Part shown: piece by piece, positions 59,779 through 64,000 of the stretch
Layout of the letters: each line of letters begins with the position of its first letter
How positions within the stretch are numbered: the first letter of the stretch is position 1
NCBI GenBank assembly: GCA_902770195.1
Contig: CACXSA010000002.1
Coordinates: 5,867-69,866 of the forward strand
Source of the DNA: an uncultured Prevotellaceae bacterium
Lineage (GTDB): Bacteria > Bacteroidota > Bacteroidia > Bacteroidales > Bacteroidaceae
Direction: 5' to 3'
Length of the DNA stretch: 64,000 nt
Position numbers and translations under genes: made by a program
The notes under the pieces: model-generated
What the model was told of the DNA's origin: nothing
Databases searched by the model: none
What the model saw: the letters and a program-made list of their open reading frames with translations, nothing else

Positions 59779-59923
59779 TTCACTCTTCACTCTTCACTAT
59801 TCTTTGGTAACCCTGCCTTATTCGACAATAACCCTGCCTTATTTTCCAATAACCCTGCTTTAATCGTCAATACTCCAAGAGTATTTATGATTATTCCAAG
59901 AGTATTTTTGATTACTCCGAAAG
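59779..59923. repeat. Heptamer (TTCACTC) run followed by a six-unit 21-bp array of two palindromic unit types
   Basis: Units start at 59806, 59827, 59848 (AATAACCCTGCCTTATT type) and 59869, 59890, 59911 (AATACTCCAAGAGTATT type). Confidence 0.9.
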
Positions 59924-59933
59924 AAAAATAAGA

Positions 59934-60013
59934 TTTTGCTGCCACCCTGCTCCCACCAATTTTTCCTTTAAACAGGGCGTTTGACGCTATTTGGTGGCAG
60001 GGTGGCAGCAAAA
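59934..60013. repeat. Perfect 17-bp inverted repeat element (TTTTGCTGCCACCCTGC) with 46-bp spacer
   Basis: 59934-59950 is the reverse complement of 59997-60013. Confidence 0.85.
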
Positions 60014-60065
60014 ATTAAAAATTTAAATTATTACGAGATTCTTACATGCCATCGTGTTGGAGGCA

Positions 60066-60671
60066 TTATCTGTTGTCTTCAGTAGCCCCTTCGTCTGAGA
60101 TACCCGTATTCTGGGTGCTGTCGTCACCATTGGTACCGATGGTGATGGTGGCGTTGTTCACACCATAGTCTGTGGTAAAGGAGCGGGCCACCTGACACTT
60201 GGAGGCTATGGCATTGAGGTAGGCACTGAGACCGCTGGCATAGAACACACCCTCCATCGGTGGTGTCGATACGGTGTGTCCGGTCCATATCAGCTGACCG
60301 TTCTCAAGCCAGTTGTAGGTCATCTCTCCCTTGGCTTCCAGGATGTACTCTCCCTCGCTCACACCACTTTTCATGGTAGGCACGATGTTCAGACCTGCCT
60401 TTCCGGGCAGGGCTATGATGACACTCTTTGCCCACGTGGTGGACGTCAATTGTTCTATCGCGGTATGTCCGTCCTCATTGACATAGCGCACGACGACGGT
60501 GGCCGCGTCCAGCAGTTGTTGCGACACGGTGGCTTTATAGTCCACTTTGATGTGGGTCGGTACTCTTGACAGGTCGGGGGTTGCCTCATTGTCGGCTTTG
60601 CTACAGGCGGCAAGGATGCCGAGGACCAGCAGGCCCCCGAGCATCTTACTCATTATCTTCAGATTCTTCAT
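60066..60671 (-). CDS. Hypothetical lipoprotein
   Basis: Lipobox LAAC; 201 aa; co-oriented with the LRR gene. Confidence 0.7.
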   Translation of the reverse strand: MKNLKIMSKMLGGLLVLGILAACSKADNEATPDLSRVPTHIKVDYKATVSQQLLDAATVVVRYVNEDGHTAIEQLTSTTWAKSVIIALPGKAGLNIVPTMKSGVSEGEYILEAKGEMTYNWLENGQLIWTGHTVSTPPMEGVFYASGLSAYLNAIASKCQVARSFTTDYGVNNATITIGTNGDDSTQNTGISDEGATEDNR

Positions 60672-60697
60672 AGTCGTAATTTTTTATTTTTTATTTT

Positions 60698-63600
60698 TTA
60701 TTTCACCAGAATCTTCTTGCCATTCTTGATGTTGACGCCCTTGGTGGGAGCAGAGAGCTGTCGTCCGTTCAGGTCGTAGATGCGCTCGGTACCGTCGCGG
60801 TCGATGGTGCGCAGCTGCTCGATGCCCGTGGTGCCTTCCAGTGTCATACCGATGGCACGGTTGCCATTGGCTCGGGCACTCTGCAACAGATAGGCACGAT
60901 AGGGCAGGATGCTGGCTGCCTGATGCTCCTGGGTGTCGCTCTTCACGGGATGCCACATGCCGTCGTTTTGCAGGGTATAGGCACCCATGTCGGCAGCGTC
61001 GGCATTGCTGATGCCATTGAGCGTTCCGCGGAGTGAATAGCCCGGCGCATCGTCCTGCTGACCGACGGTGGATGCACCGTTGGCAGGAATGTCGGCAGCA
61101 TCTGTGTTCAATGAGGCATCGCCCGTAGTCGTCCATATCAGGTAAGGCTGCAGGGCTTTCAGCGTCTCTGTCGTCTCGGTGAAGATGAGTTCCTTGTTGC
61201 TTCGCCCTGACAGTTTGTAGGCCTTGGTATCTGCGGGAATCGGCAGGTCGTAAGGCAAACAGATGGAGTAAGGCACAGCGCTCTTAGCCAGTGTGCGGGT
61301 GTTCTCCACCTGGTCGGTCTTGAAGGCGTAAGGTACATAGTAGTCACGGCCGTCAACCAGGCGGAAGCCCTCAGCGCTGAAGCCGGTTCCATCACTTACC
61401 ACGATGTTCGTGCCGTCGCTCTCACCATATGTGGCGGGCACATAGACCAGCGTCTGCAGGCTGTCGATACCGAGACGGCTGAAGCCGCGGGCCTTCAGGT
61501 CGGCGCTGATATTGGTCGAATCGCACATGTGCATATCCACGTAAAGCAGGTTGGCGGCGTTCGAGAAGAGACTGTCCTCCATCGCTTTGAGCGTCGTGGG
61601 CAAGACGATCTTCTCCAGCTTAGTCAGCGGCTGGATGTCGGCAGTATGCAGCGAGTCAACAGCGGTATAGACTAACGGCGTGAGGTCGCGGATACCGGTG
61701 TGCAGGTCGAACCAGCCCTTCACGCTGCGGACGCCAGTGAGATCGTCGGCCGTAGCAGCGGCATGGGTGGCGAAGGCGCAGAACGACTCGTCGTCCTCGA
61801 ACATTCCCTTCGAGATGAAGTTGGTGCGTTGTGCCGAACCGTTGTAGTCCTTACCGTAGATGTAGTCCTGATATTGGCTCGGCCGTACATAGAAGGCGTC
61901 GAACGTCGGATTGTAGTTGTTGCTCAACCAGCGAAGGAAGAACAATTCGTCGCTTATATCCAATATCTTATCGGAAAGGATGTACATACGGGTGAGCATG
62001 ACATCGTCGTCGAGGGCGGACCAACTGAAGTTCTGGATGCTGTCGCCAACGACGAGCACCTCCAGACCTTCGCACTCCTGCAGGGCGCGATCGTCAACTT
62101 GGGTACAGGTCCTCGGCAAGATGAGCGTCTTCAGGTTGTAGGCACGCAGTAAGGCGTGTTTCGCCAGAACATTGTCATCAAACCTTGTTGTAAGTACATT
62201 TTCTTTCGTCATGAACGATTCCGCCGTTCTCATATAGCCCGTCACGCCAATATCGCTATTCTTGATCTCTGCGTCATACAGGTCGATGTACTCCAGACGG
62301 CCGGCATAGTTGCGACACAAGAGCCATGGACAGTAACCCGCCATGTAATTCAATACGTCGAGGTCGGCACCCGAGATGGGACCTACCACCTTCAGCTTGC
62401 GGTACTTGGTGTAGTCGCCTCTGATGCCGGATACGGCCTTTCCTTCACCCGGATTACTCTCAACAGTAACGTCCAGTCCGAGCTCCTTACCCAGGGTATT
62501 CGGCTCGGTGACGGTGACAACGAGGATATCGTCGTTACTGTAGCCGCGCTCGTCGACGTTGATGTGGTCGGCATACTGTGTCCACGTCTCGCGGTAAAGA
62601 TTGCATAACCTCTTCGGCACAAGAATCTTGAAGTCGGCAGGCAGCGATTCAAAAGCGTCAGCCTCCAAGATCGGCACGCTGTCGCACTTGACGCTGATGG
62701 TGTCCAGCTTCGAGCAGCCGCTGAATGCCGAGGCGCTGATATACTCGATACTGTCGGGCAGCGTGATGGAGGTCAGGCTGCTGTTACCGGCAAAGGTATT
62801 GTCTAAGCGCTTCACACGGGTGAAGTAGTTGAAGTCGTCGAACTTCTTAATATCGGTATTATCGTTGAAGATGCCTTCGACGCTCTCATTCTCCAAGTAT
62901 ACCGTCGGGAAGAAATGACTCTTATCGGCCAATGCCCATGTTACGGCGTCATCCTTGAACAAAGCCACGATACTACGCGCCTGACGTACCAACTTACCGT
63001 CGCCCAAGTAGTTGCCTAACTGCTTCTGTGTGGTAAAGACGGATTGGATGGGCGCCTCCCACGGATCCTTATACCAGTTAGACTCCAGCGTGGCGAAGTC
63101 GTCGGTGAGCAGCACCAGTTCGGCAATGCCTTGCAGGTTCTGAAGCAGGTCGGTGTCGAACTCGGTGGTCTTGCGGCCTACGCAGACGCGCTGCAGCGAC
63201 TGGGCATCCTCGAAGAGGTTCTCACCGAGTTTCTTGGCCGACTGTGGCAGAATGACCGTCTCGATGGCCTCGCAGTTCTCGAACAGATAAGGGGGCACGA
63301 GATTGTCCTCCTTGATTTTCTCGTCGATGAAGTTGCCGTTGTAGCTGTGGTCAGTATCTTTCTTGATGTCTGCATTCCACAGGTTCAGGTATTTCAGTCG
63401 TCCGTCTGTCGGGTCGCTGTCGTACGCGTCGGCACCTGCCATATGACGGATGACAGCAAGGTCTCTGCCGTTAAGCGGACCGCTGACGGTCAGCGAGTCG
63501 TACTGGGTATAAGGTCCCTGTATGTAACGTACCTTGTCGTTCTCCTCCACCAGCGTCAGACCGAGGCTGTCAGCAAGCTGACCCGCAGCGGTGACGGTCA

Positions 63601-64000
63601 CTACCTTCTTTATATTGGGAACACCCTCTACGATATAGTCGGCATACTCGCTCCATGCTACCTTGTAGTCGGCAGCCTTGCCAGCAGGTACGTAGATTTT
63701 CAGACCGTTGTGCTTATAGAACGTGCCTGTACCCAGGGTGGCAGGCTTGTCGCCCAATACGCGGATGGCATTCAGCTTTGAGCAGCCGGCAAAGGCATTG
63801 TCGCCAATGGTGGCAACGCCCTGCGGCAGTTCAATCTGCTTCAGCACGGAGCAGTCCTTGAAGGCTTTCTCGCGGATGTCGGTGATGGTGGCAGGCAGCA
63901 GAATGTCACCCATATTCGAACAGCCCTCGAACCACGACTTGCCCACGTAGTTGAGTCCTACGCTCTGGAAGTGCCTGAAGTCGCCAAACGAATAGATTTT
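60698..64000 (-). CDS. BspA-like leucine-rich repeat surface protein with T9SS-like C-terminal domain (5' end outside window)
   Basis: LP..I..I...AF..C..L repeats; C-terminal IYDLNGRQL..PTKGVNIKNGKKILVK; frame open to 64000. Confidence 0.88.
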   Translation of the reverse strand, partial: KIYSFGDFRHFQSVGLNYVGKSWFEGCSNMGDILLPATITDIREKAFKDCSVLKQIELPQGVATIGDNAFAGCSKLNAIRVLGDKPATLGTGTFYKHNGLKIYVPAGKAADYKVAWSEYADYIVEGVPNIKKVVTVTAAGQLADSLGLTLVEENDKVRYIQGPYTQYDSLTVSGPLNGRDLAVIRHMAGADAYDSDPTDGRLKYLNLWNADIKKDTDHSYNGNFIDEKIKEDNLVPPYLFENCEAIETVILPQSAKKLGENLFEDAQSLQRVCVGRKTTEFDTDLLQNLQGIAELVLLTDDFATLESNWYKDPWEAPIQSVFTTQKQLGNYLGDGKLVRQARSIVALFKDDAVTWALADKSHFFPTVYLENESVEGIFNDNTDIKKFDDFNYFTRVKRLDNTFAGNSSLTSITLPDSIEYISASAFSGCSKLDTISVKCDSVPILEADAFESLPADFKILVPKRLCNLYRETWTQYADHINVDERGYSNDDILVVTVTEPNTLGKELGLDVTVESNPGEGKAVSGIRGDYTKYRKLKVVGPISGADLDVLNYMAGYCPWLLCRNYAGRLEYIDLYDAEIKNSDIGVTGYMRTAESFMTKENVLTTRFDDNVLAKHALLRAYNLKTLILPRTCTQVDDRALQECEGLEVLVVGDSIQNFSWSALDDDVMLTRMYILSDKILDISDELFFLRWLSNNYNPTFDAFYVRPSQYQDYIYGKDYNGSAQRTNFISKGMFEDDESFCAFATHAAATADDLTGVRSVKGWFDLHTGIRDLTPLVYTAVDSLHTADIQPLTKLEKIVLPTTLKAMEDSLFSNAANLLYVDMHMCDSTNISADLKARGFSRLGIDSLQTLVYVPATYGESDGTNIVVSDGTGFSAEGFRLVDGRDYYVPYAFKTDQVENTRTLAKSAVPYSICLPYDLPIPADTKAYKLSGRSNKELIFTETTETLKALQPYLIWTTTGDASLNTDAADIPANGASTVGQQDDAPGYSLRGTLNGISNADAADMGAYTLQNDGMWHPVKSDTQEHQAASILPYRAYLLQSARANGNRAIGMTLEGTTGIEQLRTIDRDGTERIYDLNGRQLSAPTKGVNIKNGKKILVK

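Overview
This looks like a Prevotellaceae (Bacteroidota) chromosome segment: TAnnTTTG promoters, a SusC/SusD pair and a T9SS-type C-terminus. The taxon is inferred from gene content. It has three parts. (1) 1-33.3 kb is a pectin-type polysaccharide utilization region: ECF sigma, PL1 lyase, two inverted paralogous surface lipoproteins, SusC/SusD, esterases, two GH2, GH106, and an HTCS-like AraC regulator with no kinase or receiver. (2) 33.8-48.5 kb is mostly housekeeping: LytS/LytTR pair, radC, GT2, efp, rpmH, PASTA protein, RluA-family synthase, ddl, acyltransferase, GH67, and an orphan sensor kinase. (3) 48.7-64 kb appears more GC-rich. It holds one minus-strand operon linking a Cache-PP2C-kinase/STAS partner-switch module, a cysteine desulfidase-like gene, an internally deleted amino-acid transporter and a two-module reductase-terminated NRPS; a lipoprotein and a BspA-like LRR protein lie upstream of this operon. 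The NRPS/partner-switch operon is the best candidate for an undescribed system. Other notable signals: a shared candidate ECF promoter (ACATTTA-N11-CGTCT), an inverted gene-converted lipoprotein pair around the susCD promoter, 21/22-bp phased palindromic arrays, and small repeats inserted in frame into genes. All family calls come from motif recognition by eye; no database searches were run.
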